A stretch of DNA of 64,000 nt from Oopsacas minuta. Taxonomy: Eukaryota; Animalia; Porifera. Each line of letters begins with the position of its first letter. Position 1 is the stretch's first letter. The translations under genes and the position numbers were made by a program. Of this stretch, positions 23,178 through 35,520 are shown one piece after another. The stretch covers positions 744,001 to 808,000 of the forward strand of contig JAKMXF010000343.1 of assembly GCA_024704765.1 (NCBI GenBank), in the 5' to 3' direction. A model generated the notes under the pieces. It did no database searches and was not told the origin of the DNA. It saw nothing but the letters and a program-made list of their open reading frames with translations.

Positions 23178-24719
23178 TTATGACCTTAATTTGAAATTAG
23201 AAATTCAGACTAAGCATACTTATTTACCGTTATGCACCCGGTGAGAGCAATTAAGTCTCTAATAATATTTGAAACTTCTACAAATTGTTACATTTTTCAA
23301 AGGATCTCGAGATGAATATCAAAGAAAATTGTTGGGCATGGATATTAATAAGTAGGTAGGATAGGGTTAAGAAACATTTTACAACCATAAATAAACATGA
23401 ATAAATAATTACTTACGCAACATAGTTTTTATCAGGTTTTCGTCCAGGAGCGCTACGCGCGCCTATAGGCGCGTATTTACAAATAATTTGTATAGCTAGG
23501 AGCAAGAAAATTTTGAGGGTTAGGCGCGTGTCATGCGCCTAACCTAGGCACGCTGTATAAGCCCCTTTTGAAGAATAATGTAATGGGTTATGTAACAATC
23601 ATAAATGTCAATTGAATTGTATTACAGTTCATAAGAAAAATTCATTTGAATTCATCAAAATTGTAAAGTAATTCAAAAGGTAAACTGTATAGAATTAAAG
23701 GGAGGAAGCTTGATAAATGATTTGTAGGTCGAGTCCTAATAATACTGATATACTAAATAGGAGAAACTTCAATTTTGCTAAGTGAGACAATGAATAAAGA
23801 TAAATGTACAATATTAGGTCAACAGTTAATTATTAATGCACAATAAACGTATTTGTATTGTGAAATATTCTAGATGACGCCTCTGGAATGAGAATTAGCC
23901 GTATTATATGTAATGGTTGTATGGTTTGCTTAAAATAAAGTTTGATGTTTCGAAAATTCAAATAGTCTAGGTGCGTAAGTGAAATGGAGAACTCATTTAG
24001 GCGCGCTACATATAAAAGCTGAAGAAACCTTGGTTATTATATACAAAAACGCATATGATAGTCAGAAGTTCCCAAAGCAATTGGTAAGATGATGGACTAA
24101 TTATACCCATACACCACAAATGTGGCGTTAAAAGGCAATATCCAATGTAAAGTACTTCGAAATCCGAGTGATTCATTTGGAAATGTATAAAATGAAACAA
24201 AGAGTCATAGGGCCTTGTTTACGTAACTTCTAAATCCTAATCTAAGAATCTTTCTTAAAATCGGCTGGAGCACTAAGAAATATTCTTAGAATTTGAGACA
24301 ATTCTAAGACAATTCTTAGAACTGATAAATTCTAAGAAAATTCTAAGAATAATTCTAGTTGGTTGTATTCACAAAAATTCCTAGTCAAATACTTAGAATA
24401 TTTCTTAGAATCCGCTAAAATTCTGTAAATTTTCTTCATATGCAGTTTTGAATGGCACTAGTTTCAGTTTCAGATATTGTATAACACGATAATTACAAGA
24501 AAAAGTTCGCAAAATCGGGCTACACGCCCTACCGGTTATGATGTAAATAAATACATAGCTCAAAGTTGTAACGTGGCACCCAGTGGATTCTAGTTCAGAA
24601 TATGCTAGAGAGCAGAGATCAATAAATCATCATAAAACCTCCATATACGACCTCAATGTATACAATCTGGCGACTGGACTGATACTATATTATATAGAAT
24701 AACAGAAAATTCTATTTAC

Positions 24720-24882
24720 CAAAAAGAATGCACCCCTATGATAATACTTTTGGAGAAACTTGTACTGTTTATCATCGCACTGCTTGTTTGGGATAAATCT
24801 GGGATTCTTCTCAAATTCTTTCTTCCTTTCTCTATCGTCCATTGAATGGATTCTCTCAATATCTTCCCGTTCTCTGTCTAAT
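24720..24882 (-). CDS. MFAP1: MFAP1 internal exon D (163 nt; LDREREDIERIHSMDDRERKKEFEKNPRFIPNKQCDDKQYKFLQKYYHRGAFFL)
   Basis: Acceptor ...tgttttag and donor gtaaat. No stops. KYKFLQKYYHRGAFF is the most conserved MFAP1/Spp381 motif. Not in the ORF track because the exon has no start codon. Confidence 0.97.
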
Positions 24883-25421
24883 CTAAAACATATGGAAGAT
24901 ATTGGGAGCTATAACTACATACAAAATAATCGGTTGATAAGTGTATTTCGCTGTATTAACCATAGTCTGTATGTAATGTAGGTATAGTAGAATTCCATTT
25001 TGGCTCTCATAGTTGTATACATCAATTTGGCAATAAGTGCCACGGATTTTATAACATCTTAACAAATCATATTTTGTAAGCGAATTTTGTATAATTGTAT
25101 AGTCATAAAGGTATAATCTCAGTTACAATGACTATAGGAAGGCGACGCCTTGACACGAGTGGCCAGTGCACAGTGGTGGATCCAGGAATTGCTGGAGGGA
25201 ATAATTATCTAGGGGGTGGGTGGCAAATCCCCTGGACACCAAGCCTTATTTGTCACAACATTTGGTACCATTCTACTGTTATGCAACATCTTGGACTATG
25301 TAGATACATTGCGTCATTGTGTATATGAATATGCTGTACAAATTTGCACAAGGAAATATTAAAATAAATATACTATGTATAAGTTTTGTTTCAAATAGGA
25401 GCAACATTTCAGGAGGGGGTA

Positions 25422-25553
25422 CCGTATTTATTCGAATAGTAGCGGGAGCGAGTATTCGGGATAAGCGATTATTTGAGAGAGGCGGTAATTAATTTCAAAC
25501 CCCCAAAAGGGGGGCGATTATTTGAATAGGGGCTACTTTTCGAATAAATACGG
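25422..25553. mobile_element. pogo/Tigger-type MITE (132 bp)
   Basis: TIR ccgtatttattcgaatagtagc / gctacttttcgaataaatacgg; TA duplication. Confidence 0.8.
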
Positions 25554-26465
25554 TATGTGTTGTGTTACTCATAATACTTGTACAGAGCCACCGGTACAAT
25601 TGACGTAAAATTTCTAGGTAGATAAATACAATGTACCGCACATACCAGTATAAGGAAATACAAATGATATTCGCATGGTTAAGATGGGAGCGAAGGGAGC
25701 CGATAATTTGGGGTTGAAAATTAGAGCCACTACTTCAGCGTATTGGCATGAATTTCCAATACACTATGATTCCATATCACAAAAATTTATCATAGTAGTC
25801 CCAAAAAATTACCATACATGGGGTTATTCATGATTACGTCATATGTTATGAGATACCACATCAAAATGTATTATGATCATATGGGAAGTCAGGTATATGC
25901 TAGATATTGCCTATGCTGAATGATCCATAATTCTAACGATTATCGAGTTATAAGAGGATGTTTACAAAACATATGACATCAATGGTCTGTATGATAACAA
26001 TTATCAAAAAGGTATCTTCATACATTAAACAACTCGAACGAATACGTATTGAGAGAAATTAACACAAAAGAATTTCATAAAAGTAACAAAAAACACAAGC
26101 CAATGAATGACTACAATACAGTATCATTCGCAATTCCTAACAGCTCATTACTTGGAACAAATGAAAATAATATTCTGATGATGAAATTTGTTCCAGGCTA
26201 GCGAATATGTGGAAAGGAATCTTTAAATTCCCAAAGATTACATAAATTCAGATTTATGCTATGTTCGTATTAAGGGATAAATATTTTGAGAACATGATGT
26301 GAAAGTATTGCCTAATCTTTTTCGAAAACTAATAATATTGAAGACTGAATCTAATAATAATGGAATTAAATGTCTCGAGGTACAGACCAGTTTAGCGAAA
26401 ATAAGGGACGTCATTATTCCCTCACATCCCTGCCATTTAGGTACACCAGTGCGGGCTAGAACATA

Positions 26466-27768
26466 CGAGGGGCACTCGAAAAGTTTGCCGTTTGATATGA
26501 AACCATTAATCTGTCGGATATTTTTCCGCATCTATCTTTTCAGACATATTTTATTACTCTACTTTGAAACTTTCATTCATTTATCTCTCCTACTTTCATA
26601 AATTAGATAATTTTAGCATACATGGCTTCTAAAATATCTCAAACCAAATCAGATCTCACAAAACGTGATTTTCGAGCAATGATTTTGATCTTATTCAAAC
26701 TACAGAAGACAAGAGTAGAAATCTATGAATCTTTACAGGAACATTTCCCGGATCTAGCTCCTTCTATAAGTACAGTTGAACGATGGTACAGGGAAATTAT
26801 TCACGGAAACTTTATTCTTGAAGATGCCCCTCGTTCAGGAAGACCGAATATTTACATAATGAAGAAAATGTTAACGAAATGCTAGATCTAATTACTAAAG
26901 ATCTTCATACTACATACGCTCAGTTAGAGTATGAAACCGCGTCGTCATTGGGGACAATTAATATCATTTTGCACAAAGAACTTTGTGTCAGGAAGTTGTG
27001 TGCCCGAAGGATCCCCCATTCTTTAAACTTACAGCAAAAATACCCCGCATAGACATTTGCAAAATTATGTTCAAAAGGTTTGCTACTGGAAGTTCAAGAG
27101 CTGTTTCTGAGATCCTTACAGGTAATGAGACATGAATATACCATTATGATCCAGAAACAAAGCGAATGTCAAAGGAGTGGGTTGAAGAAGATGCCCCACC
27201 ACCAACCAAAGTGCGGAGGGCTAGATCTGTTGGGAAGCAAATGTGGGCGATTTTTTCAGATCTAGTGGGTTTGTCGAAGCTGTTGCTCTCGAGGATAGAA
27301 AGACTGTTACTGCCAACTGGTACACTACAGTGTGCCTACCCAAAGTCATCACAGCAATTAAGTCACAGCGGGAGAAGACAGGCAATAGAGGATTCTTCTT
27401 CATCATGATAATGCATCATCGCATATGGCAATCAGAACTCGTGAGTTTTTGGAAAATTCTGGACTCAAAACATTACCTCACTCGCCCTACAGTCCTGATT
27501 AGCCACTTGCGACTTCTGGTTGTTCCCTAGACTCAAAGATCAATTACGTGGGAGGAGATTTTCGACTAATGAAGAGTTGAGAGGGGCACTTTCCCAAGCG
27601 GTTGGAGACATACCCAAAGAAGAGTGGAAAAAATGTTTTAATAATTGGTTTACCAGAATGAAAAAAATGTATAGATTGTCAGGGAGAGTGTTTGAAAAGT
27701 GTAATAGTCAATTTTATTATAACTATCTGATATGTCGGTCAACGTCAAAACTTTTCGATTGCCCTTCG
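26466..27768 (+). mobile_element. mariner (DD34D) element, full length (1303 bp), frameshifted
   Basis: TIRs cga(g/a)gggca(c/a)tcgaaaagttt and TA TSD. Motifs EDAPRSGRP, TGNET, HDNASSH, YSPD..CDFWLFPRLKDQLRG. Ends 30 bp from the MFAP1 exon C donor. Confidence 0.92.
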
Positions 27769-27798
27769 TATATTTTGAAAGCATAGAATAAATAGTAC

Positions 27799-27860
27799 CT
27801 TTCGACTTCCTCACGACATCGCTTAACTCTCTTTAACTCTCTCAATTTCCAGGCTTCATA
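27799..27860 (-). CDS. MFAP1: MFAP1 internal exon C (62 nt; YEAWKLRELKRVKRCREEVE(R))
   Basis: Acceptor ...tgatttag and donor gtact. Contains the hallmark YEAWKxRELKR motif. The phase-2 end (AG) is completed by the leading A of exon D. Confidence 0.95.
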
Positions 27861-28476
27861 CTAAATCAAAAAAATTATTAGTACAGAAATGTGATATATA
27901 GTGATGCCAATCATGTAGTCGAGAAATTTTGGATATTGCTGAGGCATGAAGCAGTCAATTTGGTTTCATTTAGTTCGAATTCTGGCTTTGCCATGGCAAA
28001 GAGAAGCCAGTATCATAAAGTAATCCTCCCCTTCTGTAAATATCCCCCGGGAAGAATACTATGAAGGGGGAATTATCATATGTAGTAATGTTCGCCTATT
28101 CTAAAAATTTGCTTCATATATGTTGATATTTCCTTCAATTGTTGATTTTTTGTGTATTTTTACTATTTTATTGGAGAGAAGAGATTATGTTTCGTATTAG
28201 TTATAAATATATTTCTACTTGATGGTTACTGGTTTTGATTATATTTCCTTTCGCCGATGCTTTCTTGTATTATATAATTTATTCCTTATTGGGATATTTA
28301 AACTTTGTTTTGCAGAATGTGTGCCCCTTTGATTTCGGTTCATAATTAGATGAAGATTTAAAAGCTATTTAGTATTAAATGTGACTATAAATAGTGCAAA
28401 TTGGGATTGGGATCAAGAATATTATGTAGTATTCTTTTTAGTATTCTTTCCATACTGAGAGAGCTCTGCAGGTATA

Positions 28477-29154
28477 TTATTATTGTTAGTTTATAATTGC
28501 ACAAACTATGTCATCCGACGAGTCCCAGGTCGAAATGACGTCATCTGATTGACTATAATGGGACTATGTTGTGAAAAATACGCCAGTTTTCAAGCTCTGT
28601 CAGGTGATCAATATTCCGTCGTTCACTTTAAAGTTAAAAACAATATGATCCAAGGATATTTTCAAACAAAAGATCAAAATTTGCCAAAATACAGTTCTCA
28701 GGTACCAGAGTTGTAGTAGTCAGCATGGATAACACATTTCTGCTAATGTTTACCTTTAACTTGACCACCTTTAATGTAATGGCAAAACATCTTGCTAACA
28801 TATGGTATATACCTGACAATCCATACCCTGATAATACATTTTGCTATAACATTAAAAGTTCTCAAATTAAAGGTAAACATTAGTAGAAATGTGCCATCCA
28901 TGCTCACTAATATAACTCTGGAACCTAAGAACTGTATTTTGGCAATTTTGGCAATTTTTGATGTTATATATGAAACATCCTTGGATCAATTTTTTTACTT
29001 TAGAGTGGACGACGGAATATTGGTCATTTGACAGAGCTTGAAACCTGGCGCATTTTTCACAACATATTCCCGTTTTAGTCAATCAGATGACGTCATTTCG
29101 ACCTTGGACTGTTGGATGACATAGCTGGTGTAAATTATTAACTAACAATAATAA
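28477..29154. mobile_element. Palindromic (fold-back) MITE of about 680 bp, superfamily unassigned
   Basis: Arms of about 320 bp (ttattattgttagt...gatgacgtcat...) mirror each other around a core of about 40 bp near 28800-28840. Confidence 0.8.
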
Positions 29155-30254
29155 TTACTTCGGGCCAAAATGTAATAATTTTCTATTATAGTGAAAAATA
29201 TTATTGCCCATCAAATTTAAAGATCTCCAAATAATCCATGGCTTCAAATTGTAGTAAGGCCTTATATAACGAAAGTAATGGTCTACATTAAATACAAATA
29301 CATTTCAGGGCTAATACACCTACATTTTATGTCGTCATGCAAAATTATAAAATCCTACAATCTGATTGTTTTAAAATGAAAGTGTTTGAAAATGTGTGAG
29401 AATATGTACTTTAGATATCTCAAATGTTAGGTGCACATCTCGAGCTCACTACGAGTGCACAGACTAATTTTGGTGTCTTAATCTCTAAAGGTGTGAACAG
29501 GAGAGCAAACACTCATATATATACTATACCTACTTACTAAGTCAATCATTTTAATACTTAGCCACTATATAGTATAGTCGGCACAGTAGAATCAAACTTC
29601 ATCCATAGTCTACTAAACATATGGCCTTAAAACTGATTATGGATCTTGGAATAGGGATGCACGAGTCGACCGAATTGAATTTTCATGCTTATGCTGCCTT
29701 CTTGTTAAAATCATCATTACTTGGTATAATAAAATAATATTGTAAGGTATATATTCATAATCCACTGGCATTTTGTCATATTTAATACATTTTCCCTATT
29801 GAAATTCATTAGAATAGTAGTAAACATAGGTTCTTAATTGAACAAACGATACATATCTTGACAGATATAACAGCAAATACACAAATCAATCCACGGGAAG
29901 TAGAAGCAGCGGTATATCTAGATACATGTGAAACTTTAAGTACAATATAACACTGCTTCAGGACCCAAAGTGTTGATTTTGGGATTCGAGCTCATATATG
30001 TAAGTTATGAAGATGTCTCTTTCTGAAAAGGCCAACTCAGAGGAATCCCTACCCATAAAAGCAACGATCTAGAAATCTTGGGTAAGGATTCACATCATGT
30101 TCCTCCAGGTGAAGGATAACCCATTCTACCTCGCAACCTAAATGACATTGAACAAAAAGAAATACTTTACATCATATTCTAAGTATAGGTAGAGTGGAAC
30201 TTCGTTATTAAATAAACATAGTTAGGACGAATTTTCGGGTAAGAAAAACACATA

Positions 30255-31505
30255 CGATTGTTCAATAAATAATGAGACTTTTTATAATTCATCTAGTAAA
30301 TCTATACTTATCATAATTGATTATCAAATGTTTCAATAAATTCCCACTTCAACTTTATACATCGTTTCCATCGTTCTGATAACTTTTCCAGCCCAGTGGT
30401 ATAGAATTCTTTAGGGGTCCCTTTTTCCCACTGTTTTGTTTCATACTCCAGCCGTTGGAAATCCTCAAATCTTCCCTCGAAGAGGTCTTTTCATCTCTCC
30501 AAACAACCAGTAGCCGCTGGGAGCTAGGTCTGGACTATACGGGGGATGGAGGAGGCATTCGAATCCTAAGTCGTCAATTGCAGCCATTGTCTTGGAGCTT
30601 ACATGGGGCCTTGCGTTGTCATGTTGCAACAATACGCCATGCGTCAACTTGCCTCGCCTCTCACGTTTAATCGCTTGGCGCAATTCTTTCAATTCGTCAA
30701 CGTAATAATCACTGTTTATGGTTGTCTTCTCAGGCAACCAGTCGAGTGATATAATTCCTTCCCTATCCCAATATACTTTTGCCATTCTCTTCCACTGCTT
30801 CGATTGAGTTTTGCTCTCTGGTTCAGAATAATGAAACCAAGTTTCATCTCCGTTACTATACGATCCAAAATGTCTTTCTCTGCCATGTATCTTGAAAGTA
30901 ATTCTCTGCTAACTCTGACCCTTTCGCGTTTTTGTTCTTTTGAATGAAGTTTTGGGACCCAACGCGCGCAGTTACCTTCAACATTTCCAGATCTTCAGTG
31001 ATAATCGAGTGTAGTGTGGCTTTTGATATACCCACCCTCTCTTCTAACTCTCGCAGGGTTATCCGTTTGTCTTTGTCCAAAATTGTTTGGACACTCTCGA
31101 TATTACTGCGGGTTTTGAGGAAGTCGGACGACCTGAACGGGGGGTCATCGTGGACTTCCTCATCGCCATTATCAAAACGTTCGATCCATCTATATATGGT
31201 GGCTTTCGAAGGACATTCATCACCGAAAATATCCTGCATTTCACGAAGAATGTATGAGCCAGTCTTCCCATTTTTCCACAGGTACCAAATTATTTGTCGT
31301 TTCCCTTTTTGCTAAAATCCATTAGTTGAAAAAAGCAGCCTATGCAAATGAAACTTTATACTGAAGAATATGCTAAGAGTAAAGGGTATATTGTATCGAA
31401 ATTAGACAATCAAGTTAGGCTTGTAATCTGATATTAGGCTTAGAACTGTATTAACTAGAATATGAATTCGATACATTAGTCTCATTACTTATTGAACAAC
31501 CCTTG
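30255..31505 (-). mobile_element. mariner (DD34D) element, near full length, frameshifted
   Basis: TIR caagggttgttcaataagtaatgagact (left copy degenerate). ORFs 30856-31239 and 30465-30785 contain HDNARPH-x-HPPYSPDLAPSG (34 spacing; third D mutated to G). Confidence 0.93.
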
Positions 31506-32460
31506 TATATGTAAACAAAATCGAAAATACACTTGGTATTACTTGGAGAAATACGAACTCCAGGGAAAGAGAACAGATCTCTAACGCCATGTAGACATAT
31601 CTAAATAATGTTAAGAATATACTTCGTGATTTAGAGAATGTAGTTGAAAAGTTGTTAGAGTGGCGATAGTTTCAAGGAACCTAGAATTTTACGGCAACCT
31701 CCCTACCTCCTACGGTCCCCCTAACTTTTCCATCCATCCTACGAATATGAAAAACACAAATTGCGAAATTATCAGTCCCGTGGGATTGTCAACACCGAGA
31801 CTGAAACGAAATATTAGCCTCATTGCAGAGGTCGAGGGGCAACAAGCATTTCCTCTTAGAACTAGGAGATAGGCTTAGATGCCATAAAACATTTGGACAC
31901 CCGGAAATCTCTGTCACCCAGGCCATAGGCCCTGTCAGGAGCTTAGCCGGACCTATTTGCATCAATGGATATGTGACATATTGTTACACTGATTATACTC
32001 GTGTATAACTTTTAAATTACTCTTGCGATAATGTATTTCCAAATTTCAAAGTCAGGATTATGAGCTCCCCACGACTCAAAAAAGGTATATAGTTTGACAG
32101 GACTTGGCGTCCGCGTGCCCGAAAGGTCACAACACCCATGGGATGCAATATGTAGTAATGAGATTGATATTAGGGTTACTGAAAAGTTTCCTGTGGTTGC
32201 CAACAAGCATTAGCTCCGCATATGCACCTTAGCAAGTTATTTATGATTTTTCATAAACAATTCTTACAATAAGAGTTCAACCGCTCCTTGGTTTTAGGAA
32301 TAGCAATAAGCGACATTCATAAGTATTTAGCAAGTCCACATTAGGGAACTTCGAGAAATTTCCACTATAATCGTGTTCTGATAAGGACAGATAAATTTAT
32401 GCTCACAAGTATACATAACTGTAATACAGTTGTTATCTAGAGAGCAGGGTTTACCTTAGT

Positions 32461-33472
32461 CAGTTGTTCTCAATGGGGTACACCAGTACCTTTCCTAGGG
32501 GACGCCGGTGTTTCACCTAATCATATCAGTTCTGTAATAATCATTACAAATATTTCGAGTTGCACTCCATCATGTCAACAGACCAAGCACATAGGAAGTA
32601 AATTAATGCCAAAATAATTAAAATCTATCAGTTGCAATGGTTTCATCACTAATCATCAGTTATCACTATTGGCTATTATTGTTTGAGGTTATACTAATTA
32701 AGGATTGCATTGTGTGTACATATGTGTCAACACATATTAATTTGAATTTCGCACCTACCCGTGTATCGTATTGTTTTATATAATGGAATAAAATGGAAAT
32801 TGGAAGAGTATTTCTTTGAGATTTCGACTTTATTACCAAATTCATATGGAATCTGGTAAGAAACGGAAATATAATGAAGATTATATCAAATATGGTCTTT
32901 CATCCATACTTAATGAGGGACAGGAACTACCACAATGTGTATTATGGTATAAGGTGCTATCTGATGGCTCGATGAAACAAAGACATGAAAATGATTGGAA
33001 ATCCATTTAGATTCGATGTAAGTTCTATACCAGATAGAGTCCAAGAGGAATTTGTTGAATTAGTCAATGATTCTAATGCCCGAGAAAAATTTGAAACACT
33101 CGCACTCACAAAGTTCTGGTGCGAAATGACTTGACATATCCCAACGTGGCTGAGAAAGCAGTAAAAATATTGTTGATGTTTCCCAATCTCACCTTTGTGA
33201 GCACGGATTTCCAGCACTATTACTAATTCAAAACAAATTTTGAGCGCAGCTGTCTGTGGAAGCTGATCTCCTTCTGGCCCTTTCCAAAACGGTGCCACGA
33301 ATTGATAGCCTGATACACAACATGCAAGCAGATCCTTCCCACTAATTAATTATGTACTTTATATATTGCTAGATCAAAAAACAATTTTATTTTTCAAGAC
33401 TAGGTAAAAGGGATACATCACCCACAAGATCCTGCTTTAGGGGTTCGCAATGAAAAAGTTTGAGAACCACTG
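32461..33472 (+). mobile_element. Internally deleted hAT (Buster/Charlie, ZBED5/8-like) element
   Basis: TIR cagttgttctca / tgagaaccactg; approximate 8-bp TSD accttagt / acctagat. N-terminus KKRKYNEDYIKYG...PQCVL fused to C-terminus KFWCE...YPNVAEKAVKILLMFP. Confidence 0.85.
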
Positions 33473-33939
33473 ACCTAGATATTTGGCGGCAACTAAAGAG
33501 CCAGTTCAGCAGCCATAAAGGAATTAAAGTGCCGACCATGCGATTCAATTAAATATAGGATTAATATGTTACGGTACAAAGAATTGCAACCCCTGCATAA
33601 GTGCTAAACCAGTAATGTAAAGTGCCAAGCCAGAAACTCGATTCGTGGATAATCCCTGTTGTTGTGCATGAAGATCAAAGTATGTGGATTAAGATACCGA
33701 ATTGAACATGGATTAGAAATACATAGAAAGAAACGGAAATTTAACTTGCATATCCTGAAATCTGGTAATCATAAATTTCATATTCTCTTCAGTAGTTGAT
33801 ATCAAACTCTCCTGGACTGAGGGAATGAACTAGCCGCAACAATATTTCTGGAGCTTATGTAGTTTAATCCAGTCGTGACCGTTATTTTATAACTAAGTTT
33901 ACGTGCAAATCTATAATATTAGAACGCAATTACTCTGCA

Positions 33940-34420
33940 CCAGCGCTTTGCTTACTAGGCCTCTGCGACTCAGCTTAACTTGAGTATTGATTAGCTAAAT
34001 TGTAGTGTTATTTGTAGTTACGCGAACCGAATATACTCAGCAATACGTGCCTCGAATTCACAGAATAGTTGAAATTTAAATAGTATATTATTCATGGTCC
34101 ATCCAAATTACATTCAATAGCCTTCTGTAATGGCACCGAAGATGTTATGTTGCTTTTGATTAGTAATTCCAATAACTTAGTGACTCGGGTAGTTAAGAAC
34201 TTCTGAAATTTTTAGAATTTTGGAAAATTTTGATTTTGTACAGTCATCATAACGCAATAATCCCATGATTAGTTAGCTTTTGTTCAGAATCATGCCGTCA
34301 GGACTTTTGTCACATTGAGCCATACCTATGATTCAAATTTCAAAATTAGATCATTTATATATTGGGTGAGTAGTGGTTAATAATGTGATTTTTCGAAATG
34401 TTGACTACATTTTATGCTGC
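33940..34420 (-). repeat. Repeat family B, copy 3
   Basis: Reverse-complement homologue of 18041-18506. Confidence 0.5.
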
Positions 34421-34800
34421 AAATAATAGTAAGAAACAAGCGGTTTCTACTGGTAGCTATAATTGAGGAAGATACAGTAAAGCAAGGATAAGATGTACAC
34501 TTCGGGCAACAAAATTCGCACGCATCCGAATATTTTCCTATACAATTAGTACAATAATTGATAGTCTATTTCGGATAAAATTACTTAGGCACTAACCAGA
34601 CTATGTCTTAGGTCGAGGACGGATTACGTACCAAGCGAGTTCTACTGTAGTAATTAGGTTGGAACATCGCATAAAAAATTATGTGTGTGACTTGCATACA
34701 TGGCAACCTTTGTGACCTCCATCCCTCGACGGGCCCACAAATCTCCTTGGACTTCGGCGAAAATCTCTCGCTCACATATCTGTCCCCTGGACATACAAAA

Positions 34801-35520
34801 TCTATATTATCAATATCCCAATTATTGTCTGTCAGGCTGTCTGTCTGTCTATTTGTTTGTTTGTCAGTTGTCAAGGAAAGGATTCACGGTATGAAATTAT
34901 GAAATTGTAGCATAACTATGTATTTTTCGTGTTAATCAAGGAAGTAAATAGAAGCCCATAAAACTTAGCAAATATATCAAATATTCTGAATCTGATTTTC
35001 ACACTTTTAAATTAATCACATGTAAATATATTGTTGTTTTTATGAATATAAAAAAACAAATTAGCCAAATTTCAAAATATACATACGGGCTTGCTCTAAA
35101 CAGCTACCCAGGGGTAACTAAGTACGCTGAATCTGAATTTCGCATTTTCAGGTTTCTGATATGTAAATTTATTGTTGTTTTTTTGAACATAATATAAATA
35201 AATATCAAAATTGTTGTAGGAACATGCTTTCAATGGTTATACTGAGGTAATCATGTATGCTGAGTCCAAATATGATACTGTAAACTACATATTGTGAATA
35301 TTTGTTTACTTTGAGGTACATAAGGTAAACAAATTTCAAATTGAGGTAGAATCATATTTTCAACGAATATAATGGCATACTCGAGTATGCTGAGTCTGAA
35401 TATTGTAAACAATATCAATATTCTTAAATCTCAATTGTTGTTTGTCTGTTTGTTTGTCCGTTGAATCCCTCGAGGCGAAATGCGACGAGTTCATTGCGAA
35501 GCGACGAGCCAAAGCTCGTA
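34801..35520 (+). mobile_element. Non-autonomous Helitron (family A), copy 1
   Basis: 5' TCTATA start after A, followed by a (CTGT/TTGT)n tract; 3' hairpin acgagccaaagctcgt. Homologous to 43589-48980. Confidence 0.7.

Noticed and set aside
24210-24410. TTCTAAGA-rich short repeats resembling a CRISPR-like or satellite array
   Set aside because: Irregular spacing and no unique spacers; more likely an internal repeat of a Harbinger-like MITE (gggccttgttt end), too incomplete to call.
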